A stretch of DNA of 64,000 bases, from positions 1 to 64,000 of the forward strand of contig CAWVVV010000003.1 in assembly GCA_963933835.1 (NCBI GenBank), read 5' to 3'. Origin of the DNA: an uncultured Puniceicoccaceae bacterium. GTDB taxonomy: Bacteria; Verrucomicrobiota; Verrucomicrobiia; Opitutales; Oceanipulchritudinaceae. A model generated the notes under the pieces. That model searched no databases. It was given only the letters and a program-made list of their open reading frames with translations, and was not told where the DNA came from. Position numbers and translations under genes: made by a program. Of this stretch, positions 27,539 through 39,414 are shown in pieces; positions within the stretch are counted from its first letter, which is position 1; each line of letters opens with the position of its first letter.

Positions 27539-30228
27539 CTAGGCCGAGAAAGCAGCCTGAGAATTCGATGTTCCTTTGCTTGGTTTTACGACACCAAGGG
27601 CACTAGCTGCTTCGCTCAACGCAAAGGTTAGATCCGTAATCTTAATTGGCTTAGCCAAGTAATTGTTCATGCCTACTTGCAATGCCTTCTCTCGGTCGAT
27701 GTTTGTCGCATTCGCCGTGAGGCCGATGATCCACATGTCCGACTTCGAATGCTTCAAGCGGATCTCTCAGGTCGCTTCAAGGCCGTCCATCATTGGCATC
27801 TGAACATCCATCAAGACGACGTGATACTGAGTCGCCATACAGGCCTCTAGCGCCTCTTGCCCGTTCATTGCGATATCTGCCGTCAAGCCGATCTTCTTGA
27901 GCATCATCGTCGCAACTTTTTGATTCACTAAGTTGTCTTCAGCCAAAAGAATTTTCAGTCCTTCAGGTGGCAACTTTAGATCAGCGACCTTTAGCAAGGG
28001 TGCGGATTTCAAAGCCGCTGAGGTGTCTTTACATAAGACGGTATGCAAGGCGTTGACTACTTGTTGCGCTTTTAACGGTTTCGCAAGTGACACAACGGAC
28101 GCTCGGGGTTCCATTGACGCGAGTTCATCCATCTCGATCACCTCTGCATCAGCCTCAGAAACTTTCTCTAAAAACGTATCCATCCCCTCGTCCGAAAGCT
28201 CCTTCTTAAGTGTTTTCGATCGAAAACCACACAAGCAATCGCATCTGGGTTTAGACGCAAAATATCAAGCACTTCGACACTACTTCGTGCCATTGATGGC
28301 CGTAACCCCCACGCCTTAGCATAACATGACAGAACTTCGCTGTGGAGCGGGCAGTCATCCAATACCAAAATCCCCTTGCCGGGCATCGGCGCATAAATGT
28401 CATGGAATTTCGAATACACTCGCGTGCCTTTCGATGCCTCGCTGACCGGTAGTAAGAAATAGAAACTAGAACCCTCGCCTTCGACACTTTCGAAAGACAG
28501 ATCTCCGTCCATCAATTCGGCGAGTCGCTTGCTAATTGCTAGACCCAATCCAGTGCCCCCAAAGACACGACTGGTTGACGCATCGACCTGTGTGAATGGC
28601 TTGAAAAGTCGATCCTTGCGGCTCTCTGGTATCCCAGGGCCTGAATCCTCAACTGCGATCCGAATGAAAGTGCGCCGGTCCAGCTCGACCAAATCGACAT
28701 GAATGAAGACTTGGCCTTCGGAGGTAAACTTGATCGCGTTGCCGACCAAATTAACGAGTATTTGGCGTATCCTCATGACGTCACCATCAACGACTAGAGG
28801 TGTGACCTTATCGACAAAGTAAGCCAGCGAGAGGCCTTTCTTGGCTGCAGCAGGGGTCAAAATATCGAGAACGCCCTCAACGCACTCTGAAATCTCGAAC
28901 GGGCTCACTTCCAAATCAAGATACCCGGATTCAATCTTCGAAAAGTCTAGGATGTCGTTGATGACAACAATCAGCGCATCGCCACTGTTTCGAATCGTAC
29001 TCACATAGCCGCCTTGTTCCTCATTAAGTTCAGTCTGGGCGAGCAGACTCGTCATCCCAATGACACCATTCATCGGCGTTCGGATTTCGTGACTCATTGC
29101 GGCCAAGAATGCACTTTTAGCTTTGTTCGCTCGCTCCGCCTCGGTCGTTGCATGAATGAGCTGATTTTCGATCTTCTTTAAATTGGTGATGTCGGTCGTA
29201 AATCCGTGCCAGAGCATTCCTCCTGATTCATCAGGCTCAGGAACCGCATCGACAAGGATCCAACGCTCACTGCCAACTTGGCCTCTAAGGCGGTACTCAC
29301 CTTTCCACAGCTTGATATCCACTCTCGAATTTTCGATATCTTGGAGCATACGCACCAAGTCTTCAGGGTGGATCTTGTCGAAGACGAAGGAGGCATCACC
29401 TTCGACATCAAGCGGAGAGACTTCGAAAACAGTTTGTAACCCGACACTGGCCCATGGAAAAACGAATTCGCCATCTGCGGTGCGTTTGAACTTAAAAACA
29501 ACTCCCGGCACCTGTGAAGTGACCTTTGTCATGAGATCTAGAGAGTCTGCCATCGCTTGAAGCGCATTCACTCCCTCCGTATTATCTGTCATCACACCGA
29601 TGGTTTCCGCATCTGGAATAGCGCTCGAATCGCCCTCGGTAAGCACCAACGTGACACGACGCACCTCACCATACTGATTCTGGACCGTCGCTTGTTGAGT
29701 GCGCACGCCCTCCTCCCATTGCACAAGGTCATCCCAAGGCCGCAGCTTCTCGAGAGCCGAGTCTGACAGGAAATCAGACAGCAGAGCGCCTTCAAAGTCG
29801 TTCGCTGGTTTCCCAAAGAACTCAGTCATGGCGCGGTTCGCAAATACCATGCGGCCATCCTGCTTTTGGAGAAAAAGTGGAACGCGCAGCTGGTCTAGAA
29901 CGCTCGTAAGGTGGCCCCGCCCCTTCTCAACCTGCTCTTCAATAGCAGTATCTTTCGCAGCGAGTCGGCGCTGTAGGCTAGCAACCTTCAATCCGAGGAA
30001 AACAACCGTCGCTCCTAGGGCAGCAACCAAAAGGCTGACCTCCGCGACATCCAAAAGGCCCACCAGAGGCAGATCTACGAATGCCGAAAAAGAGCCAACG
30101 CCTGATGTATCGCCATATAGGGGCGCGCCTGAGATGATCGATGCAATCAAGGGTATGCCGCTTCTCAGGCGTAAAAAATCGGTGTAATTTCCATGTCCGA
30201 AGAACATTATAATAGGTAATTCGGACAA
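27539..30228 (-). pseudogene. PAS-PAS hybrid sensor histidine kinase, disrupted in its receiver domains
   Basis: H-box FLAAMSHEIRTPMNG and G boxes are intact. There is a frameshift near 28215-28225 and an in-frame TGA at 27767-27769 (DGLEAT*EIRL), followed by IIGLTANA...YLAKPI. Confidence 0.85.
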
Positions 30229-30474
30229 ATCTCGTTAATCTGAGGTCAAATACGGGGAATAGGCCTTAGCTGCTGCCTGCCGGTTGACCCGACCAACGAT
30301 ACGCTGAGTATTCTTTTCGGAGGCCTTTTTCACCCTCGCCCCACCCGATTTCAAAATGTGAAGGCCCCGAGCGCCAAGAAGTGAAACATCGGGTGCTTTC
30401 GATTTTGACAACTCCCTCTAAACCACAAAATTACAGACTCGCTTGGTTCGTTCTCAGGTCACATTTATTCTCTT

Positions 30475-31482
30475 ATGCGCGGTTTATTTTCTAATAACAT
30501 TGGTATCGATCTCGGGACGGCTAACACCTTGGTTTACGTTCAGGACAAAGGGATCGTCCTCAGCGAGCCAAGTGTCGTGGCCATCAACAACCAAACGCGT
30601 GAAGTCGTCGCGGTCGGTGACGATGCAAAACGGATGCTCGGACGGACGCCGATGAATGTCACTGCGCTGCGCCCAATGAAAGACGGCGTCATCGCCGACT
30701 TCGAGATCACTGAGGCGATGTTGCGCTACTTCATCCAAAAAGTGAACCACACGATGCGATTTGTCCCACCACGCGTCGTCGTAGCAGTGCCCAGCGGAAT
30801 CACGGAAGTTGAGCGCCGAGCCGTGCGCGAAAGCGCAATTCACGCTGGAGCCCGCGATGTGAGACTTCTTCAAGAGCCGGTTGCCGCCGCCATTGGTGTT
30901 GGCTTACCGATCGAAGAACCGACGGCGAATATGATCGTCGACATCGGCGGTGGAACCACCGAAGTGGCCATCATTTCACTTTCTGGAGTTGTTTATACGA
31001 AGTCGATTCGCGTCGGCGGCGATGAGCTTGATGCAGCCATCATAAGCTACATGAAGCGCGCCTACAACCTGATGATCGGCGAACGTACCGCGGAAGAGAT
31101 CAAAGTGCGCGTCGGCAGTGCCGCTCCGCTTGATGAGGAAATCACCCTCGAAGTTAAGGGCCGCGATTCCGTCGCTGGACTCCCCAAGACACTCCACATT
31201 TCTTCACAGGAAATTCGTGAAGCCCTCGCCGACACGATTGCTTCGATCGTAGATATCGTTCGCAACGCTCTCGAACGCTGCCCACCAGAGCTCTCAGCTG
31301 ACCTCGTTGACCGCGGGTTTGTCCTCGCGGGCGGTGGTGCCCTCATTCGAAACATCGACCGCATGCTCAGTGATGCGACGGGCCTCCCGGTTATCGTCGC
31401 CGAAGACGCCCTGAGTGCCGTTGCGAACGGAACGGGTGTCGTTTTGAACAACCTTTCGTGGCTCGACAAAGCAAACATCTAA
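30475..31482 (+). CDS. mreB: Rod shape-determining protein MreB
   Basis: IGIDLGTANT, DGVIADF, VDIGGGTTEVA and LAGGGAL motifs. Confidence 0.97.
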   Translation: MRGLFSNNIGIDLGTANTLVYVQDKGIVLSEPSVVAINNQTREVVAVGDDAKRMLGRTPMNVTALRPMKDGVIADFEITEAMLRYFIQKVNHTMRFVPPRVVVAVPSGITEVERRAVRESAIHAGARDVRLLQEPVAAAIGVGLPIEEPTANMIVDIGGGTTEVAIISLSGVVYTKSIRVGGDELDAAIISYMKRAYNLMIGERTAEEIKVRVGSAAPLDEEITLEVKGRDSVAGLPKTLHISSQEIREALADTIASIVDIVRNALERCPPELSADLVDRGFVLAGGGALIRNIDRMLSDATGLPVIVAEDALSAVANGTGVVLNNLSWLDKANI

Positions 31483-31567
31483 ATTGGCCTCCCTACATTA
31501 TCGCGCGATCCTCCCTATCCTGCGTCTTTTCGACCGAAGATTCTAATCCCGAAGTCAAGTCGCCACA

Positions 31568-32410
31568 ATGCCTCGCAAACAGAGTTTTCAAGCCAAGGCA
31601 TTCGTCTCAACCCTCGCACTGCTTTTCGTCTGGTGGTTGATCCCTGTTTTGCTCAAGGGACTCGCGACGGCGGCCTTTTTTGAATTCACCGCCCCGACGA
31701 CGGTTGCAATTTCTTACCTGAAAGACCTTCAGGACTTCTGGGGAAACAAACTCCACTCGAAAGAGGAATTACTTAAGGCAGGCGTCGTTCAAGCGCGTCT
31801 CAATGCAGCCTACGAACTCCGCAACCAGTCAGCCCAAGTGTGGGAAACCGAGGTGCGGCGGCTTGAGTCACTCCTTAACCTTCCAAGCCTGCCTGAGCAT
31901 CGCTACGAAGTCGCCCGCGTCATCCGGCGGGACACGAACGCGTGGTGGCAACAACTCGTGATTCGAAAAGGGCGGGTGCACGGCCTCGAAGTCGGCCAAG
32001 CCGTTGTCTATGTTGGAGGCGTTGTTGGTCGATTGAGCGAAGTGCATGCGTACACTGCCGTCGTTGAGCTTTTAACGAGCCCTCGCTTCCGCGTTGCAGC
32101 TCATCTCGAGAACGATCTTCGACCACTTCAATTCCAAGGCGGCGACAACCCGCCTTTTCAATCGCCACGCGCAACGCTCTTGAATGTGCCACCGGACATC
32201 CGTGAGCGAAACACAAACGAAAGCGCCCATCGAATTGTGAGCTCTCGACTTGGGGGCGTATTTCCTGACGGATTGACACTCGGCTACATCGATGAATTAG
32301 AACGTTCCCAAGACGGCCTTTTTCAATCAGGAAAAGCCCTTGTAGACGATCGACTCCTCTCGCTACGCGAAGTCGCCGTCTTAATTCCCTTAAACAAGGA
32401 GTCCCCCTGA
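31568..32410 (+). CDS. mreC: Rod shape-determining protein MreC
   Basis: TM helix, coiled coil, ARVIRRD, GVVGR and SRLGGVFPDGL motifs; follows mreB. Confidence 0.92.
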   Translation: MPRKQSFQAKAFVSTLALLFVWWLIPVLLKGLATAAFFEFTAPTTVAISYLKDLQDFWGNKLHSKEELLKAGVVQARLNAAYELRNQSAQVWETEVRRLESLLNLPSLPEHRYEVARVIRRDTNAWWQQLVIRKGRVHGLEVGQAVVYVGGVVGRLSEVHAYTAVVELLTSPRFRVAAHLENDLRPLQFQGGDNPPFQSPRATLLNVPPDIRERNTNESAHRIVSSRLGGVFPDGLTLGYIDELERSQDGLFQSGKALVDDRLLSLREVAVLIPLNKESP

Positions 32411-32935
32411 ATGAGGAACTGGCAAACCGTAGCCTTCCTTGGACTCTTCAATTACTTACTCCTAATTGGGGTTAACCTCGTTTCCGATGCCATCGCGCCA
32501 TGGAGCATAGCCCTCCATGCGGAAGTCCTACTGCTTGTTTTTCCGGCACTGATGCTTCGGGTCTTACCTGGTCTTAGCTATTGCCTGCTTATCGCGCTCT
32601 TACTCGCCAGCCTGCGGCCCTTGGACGCGACCCCGACCCTGATAAGCATTCTTCTAATCTATCACTTACTCATCCTCTTTCGCGGGCGACTTCTCCCCCG
32701 AAACCTCAGCAGAATCGGAATCCATTGCGCAGCGCTGCAGCTCGCCAATGTCCTGTTTCTAAGCCTTTGGTTCTATCCTGATAGCGCTGACGTCACAGAA
32801 TATTGGATACGATGCTTGTCAGAAGGCGCGCTCTCCGCTTTGTTTGTCGGGGCATTCTCAGGTCTATGGTTCCATTGGCAAGGAGTCATCATTACCGAAA
32901 TGGGACAGATTCAAAATGCCCCCGCGAACTCCTAA
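32411..32935 (+). CDS. mreD: MreD-like membrane protein
   Basis: Five hydrophobic segments, located between mreC and the PBP2 gene (positional call). Confidence 0.65.
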   Translation: MRNWQTVAFLGLFNYLLLIGVNLVSDAIAPWSIALHAEVLLLVFPALMLRVLPGLSYCLLIALLLASLRPLDATPTLISILLIYHLLILFRGRLLPRNLSRIGIHCAALQLANVLFLSLWFYPDSADVTEYWIRCLSEGALSALFVGAFSGLWFHWQGVIITEMGQIQNAPANS

Positions 32936-32965
32936 AACCATCACCCTCCTTATCAAGTAATACCT

Positions 32966-34942
32966 GTGCGTTGGATCACTAGACGCCGCCTCCGCCGGCG
33001 GCCAACTCCACCGGCGAAAAAACGCCCAGAGGATAGGCTCTCGCCGGGACAAAATTACCAGCGTCATGTTCCGCGCACCCGCTTGCTTTTTCTCCTTGGC
33101 TTTATGGGGATCCTTTTCGCCATTTTACTTACAGGAATGGCGTATCAGCAGCTATTTAAATACGGCTCCCATCGCGAAAAAGAAGCGCGCCAAAACTACC
33201 GCCGAATTCTCCTGCCAGGCCCTCGCGGGAATGTCTACGACCGTGACGGTCGACTCCTCGTGGGGAATAGACCTGTCTTCAATGCGGTTGTAACACTGAA
33301 CGAGTTGCGACCAGAATTCCGTGCCGAATACCGCAAAAGGGCCGCTGCGAAAGACGCCATTCAGCAGCGGATTGATCGTAGCTCCCTCAATATTGAAAGC
33401 CGTAGCGCAGTGGTGCAGCGCTACCTCAACAATCTCAACCGTCTCCTCGACACGACGCATGTCGTGGATAGCAACGGACTCGAGCGCCACTTTCGCCGAT
33501 CACTCCTCCTGCCGTATACGCTCGTAAATGATCTGCCCCCTGAGGACTACGCACACCTCATTGAGCAGATTCCTGTCGAGTCGCCGATTCAGGTCATCAC
33601 TGATAGCGCGCGCTATTATCCACACGGCAAGGCAGCGTGCCATGTCCTCGGATTCGTCTCAAACACCGATCAGCTAAACGCCGCTGATGTTCCCGGCGAG
33701 GATCTCTTAACTTTTCACTTTGAAGGCAAGGTAGGGCGCAGTGGCATCGAACGGATTTATGATGAAGAGCTACAGGGGCGCTCAGGTGGAGAAGTCTGGA
33801 GTGTCGACCCCGGTGGATATCAGCATGAACTGATTGCTCAGCGTTCACCCATTCAAGGTAATGACCTAGTCACTACAATTGATCTCGATCTCCAGCTCAC
33901 GGCCGAACGCGCGCTGGTGGGAAAGTCGGGGGCGCTGGCGGCGATCGATATTACGACAGGCGAAGTGCTAGCAATGGCCAGTCTTCCCAACTACGACGTC
34001 AATGACCTGACGCCTTTCCTTAGTTATGCAGTGGATGAACGCATTCGAGAAGAAGGTGGCTGGCTCAACCGCGCCGCGCAGGGCCTCTACCCGCCCGGCT
34101 CTACCTTTAAAATCGTCACTGCAACCGCTGCCTTGCGCGAGTCCGTCATTGATCGTTCCACGGTCGTCGAATGCCCCGGCTACTACCTTGTCGGCCACAG
34201 AACCTTCCGTTGCCACCGCCATAGTGGACACGGCCCCGAAACCCTTGAGGAAGCGATTCGCGACAGCTGCAACGTCTTCTTCTATGATCGGAGTGCCGAG
34301 ATGGGCGCTGCCCCCATTATCGAAGAAGCTCGCCGCTTCGGCTTCGACGAGCCAACGGGCATCGAGCTTTACGGAGAAACTCGCGGGATGCATGTGCCCG
34401 ATGGAGAATGGAAGAAGGATCGCACTGGTGAAGGTTGGTATGGTGGTGATACGGCCAACCTTTCAATTGGCCAAGGGTATCTCCTCTCGACGCCACTGCA
34501 GGTGGCTTGCTTTGCTGCGTCGATTGCACGCGGCGAAACGAGAACTCGACCTACCCTTCTGAAAGACAACTTTCTGAGAAAAAATCGGCGGAAAATCTCT
34601 GAACCGATCGGCCTGCCCGCCGGTGATTTTCAACGCATTATACAAGGGATGAAAGATGCCGGTAGTATTGGCACCGCTCGCTTAGCGGCTGTAAACACGG
34701 GAGTAGCGGTGGCTGGGAAAACGGGCACCGCTCAAGTAAGAAAAGAGGGCAAGCCAACCACGATCGCTTGGTATATGGGCTTCGCCCCTGCCGATGATCC
34801 AAAGATCGCCATCGCCATCGCGATTGAGGGTATCCCAGGGGAATCAAGCTTGGGTGGTGGCGCTGATGCCGCTCCTATCGCAGCTCAAGTCTTCCGTGCC
34901 TACTTCGAAAAGATGAGCCCAGCGAACCCATCCAGATTTTGA
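32966..34942 (+). CDS. mrdA: Penicillin-binding protein 2
   Basis: PRGNVYDRDG, SxxK (PGSTFK), SCN and KTG motifs; start position uncertain. Confidence 0.93.
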   Translation: MRWITRRRLRRRPTPPAKKRPEDRLSPGQNYQRHVPRTRLLFLLGFMGILFAILLTGMAYQQLFKYGSHREKEARQNYRRILLPGPRGNVYDRDGRLLVGNRPVFNAVVTLNELRPEFRAEYRKRAAAKDAIQQRIDRSSLNIESRSAVVQRYLNNLNRLLDTTHVVDSNGLERHFRRSLLLPYTLVNDLPPEDYAHLIEQIPVESPIQVITDSARYYPHGKAACHVLGFVSNTDQLNAADVPGEDLLTFHFEGKVGRSGIERIYDEELQGRSGGEVWSVDPGGYQHELIAQRSPIQGNDLVTTIDLDLQLTAERALVGKSGALAAIDITTGEVLAMASLPNYDVNDLTPFLSYAVDERIREEGGWLNRAAQGLYPPGSTFKIVTATAALRESVIDRSTVVECPGYYLVGHRTFRCHRHSGHGPETLEEAIRDSCNVFFYDRSAEMGAAPIIEEARRFGFDEPTGIELYGETRGMHVPDGEWKKDRTGEGWYGGDTANLSIGQGYLLSTPLQVACFAASIARGETRTRPTLLKDNFLRKNRRKISEPIGLPAGDFQRIIQGMKDAGSIGTARLAAVNTGVAVAGKTGTAQVRKEGKPTTIAWYMGFAPADDPKIAIAIAIEGIPGESSLGGGADAAPIAAQVFRAYFEKMSPANPSRF

Positions 34943-34947
34943 CGCAT

Positions 34948-34981
34948 AAAAAAGCCACTCCCTAAAAGCAGGGAGTGGCTT
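34948..34981 (-). terminator. Rho-independent terminator between the convergent mrdA and TonB receptor genes
   Basis: Perfect 12-bp stem AAGCCACTCCCT/AGGGAGTGGCTT with a T run on the minus strand. Confidence 0.85.
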
Positions 34982-35006
34982 GATTATAAAAACCTTCGTT
35001 AGAAAC

Positions 35007-37412
35007 TTAGAACTTCCAAGTAAGCGTGCCTTCGACTCGAACCGGCAGCTCAGCGAAGATAGACTCACCACCATAAACAGCGTTCGGTGGTGACCAGTTT
35101 TCTTCGTTCGTCACATTCAGAAAGGTCAGAGCGGCCTTCCATGTTTCGGTCTCATAATAGATCGTTGTATCGATGTTGAACTGCATCGGAATAACGAGAG
35201 ACCCCGCTACATTGTTATTCATCTCTGACGTAATAAACCCGGCAACTTGGATGCCATATCCAGCGTCAGCCTTATAAGAAATAAGCGCATTGGCTGTATG
35301 CTTCGGCGAACCCTGACGTTGGTATTCTCCAGGAGGGAGGATAAAGAACGGCGTCTGACCCGGCAACCAAGGTGAGGTATTGTTCACATCGAATTGTGGA
35401 CCATTGACGGTTGAATCCGTAATCGACCAGCTGGCGGTGAAATACCAATTCTTATTAGGCTGATAATTAGCCTCGATTTCAAAGCCCTCAATCGTGAATT
35501 CGTCAATAGAACCATCAATACTCAGATTTGTCCGAACTTGCTCAAAGAGCGCAGCGCCGACGAAGAGCTTGCCCTCAAGATAGGTAGCCTTCGCACCGAC
35601 CTCAAAAAGCTCAGTCTCTTGCTCGAAACGGCTTTTCGAAAAGGTGTAAACGCTGTCGCCATCTTCATCTTCGAGCTGACCGTAGCCACCACCGTTTGCA
35701 GTCGTGCCCCCAGGGTTTTCACTGTAATTGTAAGTGAAGTAGACTGAGAACGTATCGTTCAACTTCCAGAGCGGGCTGATGTTATAGTTCAAAAGACTAA
35801 CACTAATGTCGTCGTCCGCCGTGGCCCATACAGGGACTAACGGATCGCGCCCAGATACGGAGAGGTAGTCGACGCGCACACCACCAAGAATTGTGAAGTT
35901 GTCTGAAATCGCGTAGTTGAGCTGTGCAAAAGGTCCAAAGCCGAAGGCCTCAGAGATACTCGTGTCGCCATTAAAGATTCCCTCCGTTGCATACCGTCCA
36001 GGGTGCCCAGGAACGGCTGGGGCATCGGGCCAATTAACCGAGTTGTATACATCGATAAAATCATTACCGACTGAGAGATCCCATACATTCGCAGGCTCAA
36101 AGAAGAAGTGGTTATAAGCAGTCACCTCTTGGTAGTTGACCGCTGCTCCCACGTTCAGGTCGTATTTTTCGCCCGATCGTTGATACTCAAGGCGAGATTC
36201 TAAGCGCCAGCTTGGATCGATGATTTCTGAGTAGTTATATGAGCTAAAGGTGTCGCGGTTAATGTAATTGAAATACGAGTTACTCACGATTTTCGACTCA
36301 TCATCGAGGGTGAAGGTCTGGATCGCTTGAAGGTTAATGCTGTAACCGTCAGAATCGTCACCTGGCTTGATCAGGCGCCATGCGCGGTCGACCTTAGTAG
36401 TGGGACCCCAAGCCATGCGGTTTGTAACCGGATAGCCCGCAGTGACCCAACGGGAATTCTGAGGATCAGATTGAGCAGCCGCTGGATACTGAGCACCAGG
36501 GACTTGGCCATCATTTCCAAAATCGATCACATTACCTGAGTCGTCCAAATAATCACCACCGGTGAGAGATGGATCAGGATTGTTGTTAACACCAGTAATG
36601 TAGTTACCGTTGTCGATCAAATCCTGGGCAGGACGATTGATTCCAAAGTTTTCAGTGTAGTGAGCGTAGAGAACTTCGCCATTCACAAAGAGCTCGTACT
36701 TGTCATTTGGACGGAAGGTCACACCCGCATAGAGGGCCTGAGTCCGCTTAAAAGAGTGATCGAAGTATCCTTCAGAATCCTCACCTGAATAACTGATACG
36801 ATAGGCCAATTTCTCACTGATCGGACCACCAAAATCGATTGTCCACATCCGTTTGTCATACTGTCCTAAAGTGACTGCGATTTCGCCGCCGAACTCATCG
36901 AAGTAAGGGCGCTTTGTTATAAAGTCTATGTAACCACCCACATACTGTGAAGCTCCATGCACCACTGAAGCAGGTCCCTTGACGATGTTAACCGACTCAA
37001 CCGCATTGAAATTAATTGGCAGGCCGTTACCATTACTGGTCAGGCCTCTGCGGATACCATTCCACATCGTGTCGGAAATCTGGGTGCGGATATCAGGCTG
37101 AGCTGGAGCACCAAAATTTGTCCGAGTGAACGAACTCGAGGTCAATTTCGTGAAATCACGGACATCAGTAATTGAGATAGCGTCCAATTGCTCACGAGAG
37201 ATGATCGTTACACTGCGAGGCGTATCGAGAATGCTTTGGGAGAGCCCAAAGACAGAATCGAACGGTCGAGAAGTTGGCAGGATATTTTCTTCGATCGGAA
37301 TTTCGTCCGAAATGAAGGCATCCAACTCCTGAGGTTCGTCTTGAGCTTGGACAATGCTGAAAGCGGCGCACGTTAATGCCGCTACGGTTAAGTATGATCG
37401 ATATCGTAGCAT
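35007..37412 (-). CDS. TonB-dependent outer-membrane receptor
   Basis: Signal peptide, plug motifs DTPRSVTIISRE and VESVNIVKGPAS..HG, C-terminal NVTNE...LTWKF. Confidence 0.93.
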   Translation of the reverse strand: MLRYRSYLTVAALTCAAFSIVQAQDEPQELDAFISDEIPIEENILPTSRPFDSVFGLSQSILDTPRSVTIISREQLDAISITDVRDFTKLTSSSFTRTNFGAPAQPDIRTQISDTMWNGIRRGLTSNGNGLPINFNAVESVNIVKGPASVVHGASQYVGGYIDFITKRPYFDEFGGEIAVTLGQYDKRMWTIDFGGPISEKLAYRISYSGEDSEGYFDHSFKRTQALYAGVTFRPNDKYELFVNGEVLYAHYTENFGINRPAQDLIDNGNYITGVNNNPDPSLTGGDYLDDSGNVIDFGNDGQVPGAQYPAAAQSDPQNSRWVTAGYPVTNRMAWGPTTKVDRAWRLIKPGDDSDGYSINLQAIQTFTLDDESKIVSNSYFNYINRDTFSSYNYSEIIDPSWRLESRLEYQRSGEKYDLNVGAAVNYQEVTAYNHFFFEPANVWDLSVGNDFIDVYNSVNWPDAPAVPGHPGRYATEGIFNGDTSISEAFGFGPFAQLNYAISDNFTILGGVRVDYLSVSGRDPLVPVWATADDDISVSLLNYNISPLWKLNDTFSVYFTYNYSENPGGTTANGGGYGQLEDEDGDSVYTFSKSRFEQETELFEVGAKATYLEGKLFVGAALFEQVRTNLSIDGSIDEFTIEGFEIEANYQPNKNWYFTASWSITDSTVNGPQFDVNNTSPWLPGQTPFFILPPGEYQRQGSPKHTANALISYKADAGYGIQVAGFITSEMNNNVAGSLVIPMQFNIDTTIYYETETWKAALTFLNVTNEENWSPPNAVYGGESIFAELPVRVEGTLTWKF

Positions 37413-37568
37413 GAGTTTTATAGTTGGTTAAGGACGTGAACAAAAAATAGCAGAATCATGAACACTAGACCCGAATCTAAGCCGATATTGGTTGAACAAT
37501 GCAACTATCCTTTGAAAATAAATTTACCTTACTTTCGCTTTAAATAGGGCCGAAGGTTCAACGGGCAC

Positions 37569-39368
37569 CTAGGAAAAGAGGGGTTGAATCGTCATCTCAG
37601 GGACCTTCACCAGCCCCTTGTCCGTCAGCCTGATTTCGGGAATAACCGATAGTGGTAAAAGGTTGAAGCCCATGTAGGGTAACGTGCATCCAGCAGCCAC
37701 CCAGGCTTCCTTCAGAATCGTCGTCGCAGCGGCGACTTCGGTCGCCCGTTGGTCCGAAATTAGGCCCGCAACCGGAAGCTCAACTTTGGCCACAATCTCA
37801 CCATTTTGCACCACGACGACTCCACCCTGCGAACCGCGAATTGATTCCACAGCGAGATCCATTGCTGACTCAGAGGTGCCCGCGACAACCACATTATGAG
37901 CGTCGTGACCCACACTGCTAGCGACGGCGCCGTTCTTGAGACCGAAATTTTGGAGGAAAGTGTGAGCGACCTCACCGGATTTACCATAGCGCTCGATCAC
38001 TGCGAGGTGACAGAGATCATTTGCGGCCATAAAATCACCCCAGTCAGTCACACCCGCCGGATTGAATTCAGCCTGCCGATGCAGAGTGACGATCCCCGGG
38101 AGCTCCGTTCGAATAAAATGCACGGTTGAAGCGCTTTCAGGAAGCGCCGGGAGGAGCTTTGGACTCTCGGGCAATTGCACCGTCGTATAGGCTGCCTTGG
38201 GATAAACGTAGCGCTTCTTAGAAAGCTGCGCATCCAGCGATGGCGTTACCTTCTGATCTTCGACGACAAGCTCGCCTCCAAACCAAGTGTTCTGAACCTC
38301 GAGCGCGTCATTCAATAAGACTACATCTGCCCGGCGGCTGTGCCCAAGGGCCCCGAATTCTCCATCCATACTATAGCGCGTCGCAGGGTGCAGTGAACCC
38401 ATACTCCACGCAGTCCAAGGATTGATGCCGGAATGGACCGCCTGACGCGTCACCCAATCGAGGCCAAAGAGGAAGAGGTCGTCGGCATCGCGATCATCAG
38501 TGCAGACGCATACTCGCTTCGTTGAGGTACCCAGATGCGTCACGGCCTTGATCGCCTCGGGTAAGCTATGCCAAGGCGTTGTCGGCGGGCCCCCTCGGAG
38601 AAAGACCCAAACCCCTGCTTCCAATAAGTCGTTTGCGATATCCCGATCAATGGCCTCGTGAGTGTCCGTCACACCGCTAGCGGCGTAGGCGGCTACGAAA
38701 TCGCGGCCGTAAATATGACCGGAGACAACCCGATTGCGCTCCAATGCTGCCGCAATCACTCCGTGACTCCGCTCATCGCCCATACACACTGGGACAAAAT
38801 CCATCTTCTCGCCGAGCCCTAGAATCTCCGGCCACTTATCAAAAAGCTGCCCAGCCTTCTCTGGCGTGAGATCACCGCCACAGGTCTCGAGCCCAGCATG
38901 GGTCGCCGGAATCGTCGACGGGAGGGTGAGGAAAATATTGAGCGGCGCTTGGCGGGCGTCTTCGAGCATCCATTCGATGCCATCGGTGTCACAGACATTT
39001 CCGATTTCATGACTGTCGCAGAAGATCGTCGTCGTGCCATTGAGGAGTGCGGCCTCGGCGTAGGCGCACGCGGTCATCATACTGCTTTCGATGTGGATAT
39101 GCGGATCGACCAAGCCGGGTGCTAGAATGCCGCCATTGGCATCGTAAAACTTTGTCGAACCCTTGGCTGCAAAACTACCGGCTGGCTTCACCGCCGCGAT
39201 TCTTCCCTCTGAAATCCAGATCTCTCTATCATCAATGAGTCGTTCGGTGTAAGTGCTGAGCACCCGACCACCCCTGATCACTAGATCGGGTGCCTCGCGG
39301 CCAGAGGCAACGGCGGCTAAACGGCGGGTTACAGTGTGCAGAGGCGGAACGGAAAAACGAGTAAGCAT
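37569..39368 (-). CDS. ade: Adenine deaminase (AdeC type)
   Basis: [34 protein letters not shown] and [14 protein letters not shown] motifs. Confidence 0.92.
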   Translation of the reverse strand: MLTRFSVPPLHTVTRRLAAVASGREAPDLVIRGGRVLSTYTERLIDDREIWISEGRIAAVKPAGSFAAKGSTKFYDANGGILAPGLVDPHIHIESSMMTACAYAEAALLNGTTTIFCDSHEIGNVCDTDGIEWMLEDARQAPLNIFLTLPSTIPATHAGLETCGGDLTPEKAGQLFDKWPEILGLGEKMDFVPVCMGDERSHGVIAAALERNRVVSGHIYGRDFVAAYAASGVTDTHEAIDRDIANDLLEAGVWVFLRGGPPTTPWHSLPEAIKAVTHLGTSTKRVCVCTDDRDADDLFLFGLDWVTRQAVHSGINPWTAWSMGSLHPATRYSMDGEFGALGHSRRADVVLLNDALEVQNTWFGGELVVEDQKVTPSLDAQLSKKRYVYPKAAYTTVQLPESPKLLPALPESASTVHFIRTELPGIVTLHRQAEFNPAGVTDWGDFMAANDLCHLAVIERYGKSGEVAHTFLQNFGLKNGAVASSVGHDAHNVVVAGTSESAMDLAVESIRGSQGGVVVVQNGEIVAKVELPVAGLISDQRATEVAAATTILKEAWVAAGCTLPYMGFNLLPLSVIPEIRLTDKGLVKVPEMTIQPLFS

Positions 39369-39414
39369 GATTGTTAATCAAGAGTTTGGGTTAAGGAAAG
39401 GAGCTGGAGAAAAA

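Noticed and set aside
37490..37525. Fur-type box upstream of the TonB receptor
   Set aside because: AT-rich with only a weak palindrome (GTTG-N7-CAAC); the match is insufficient.
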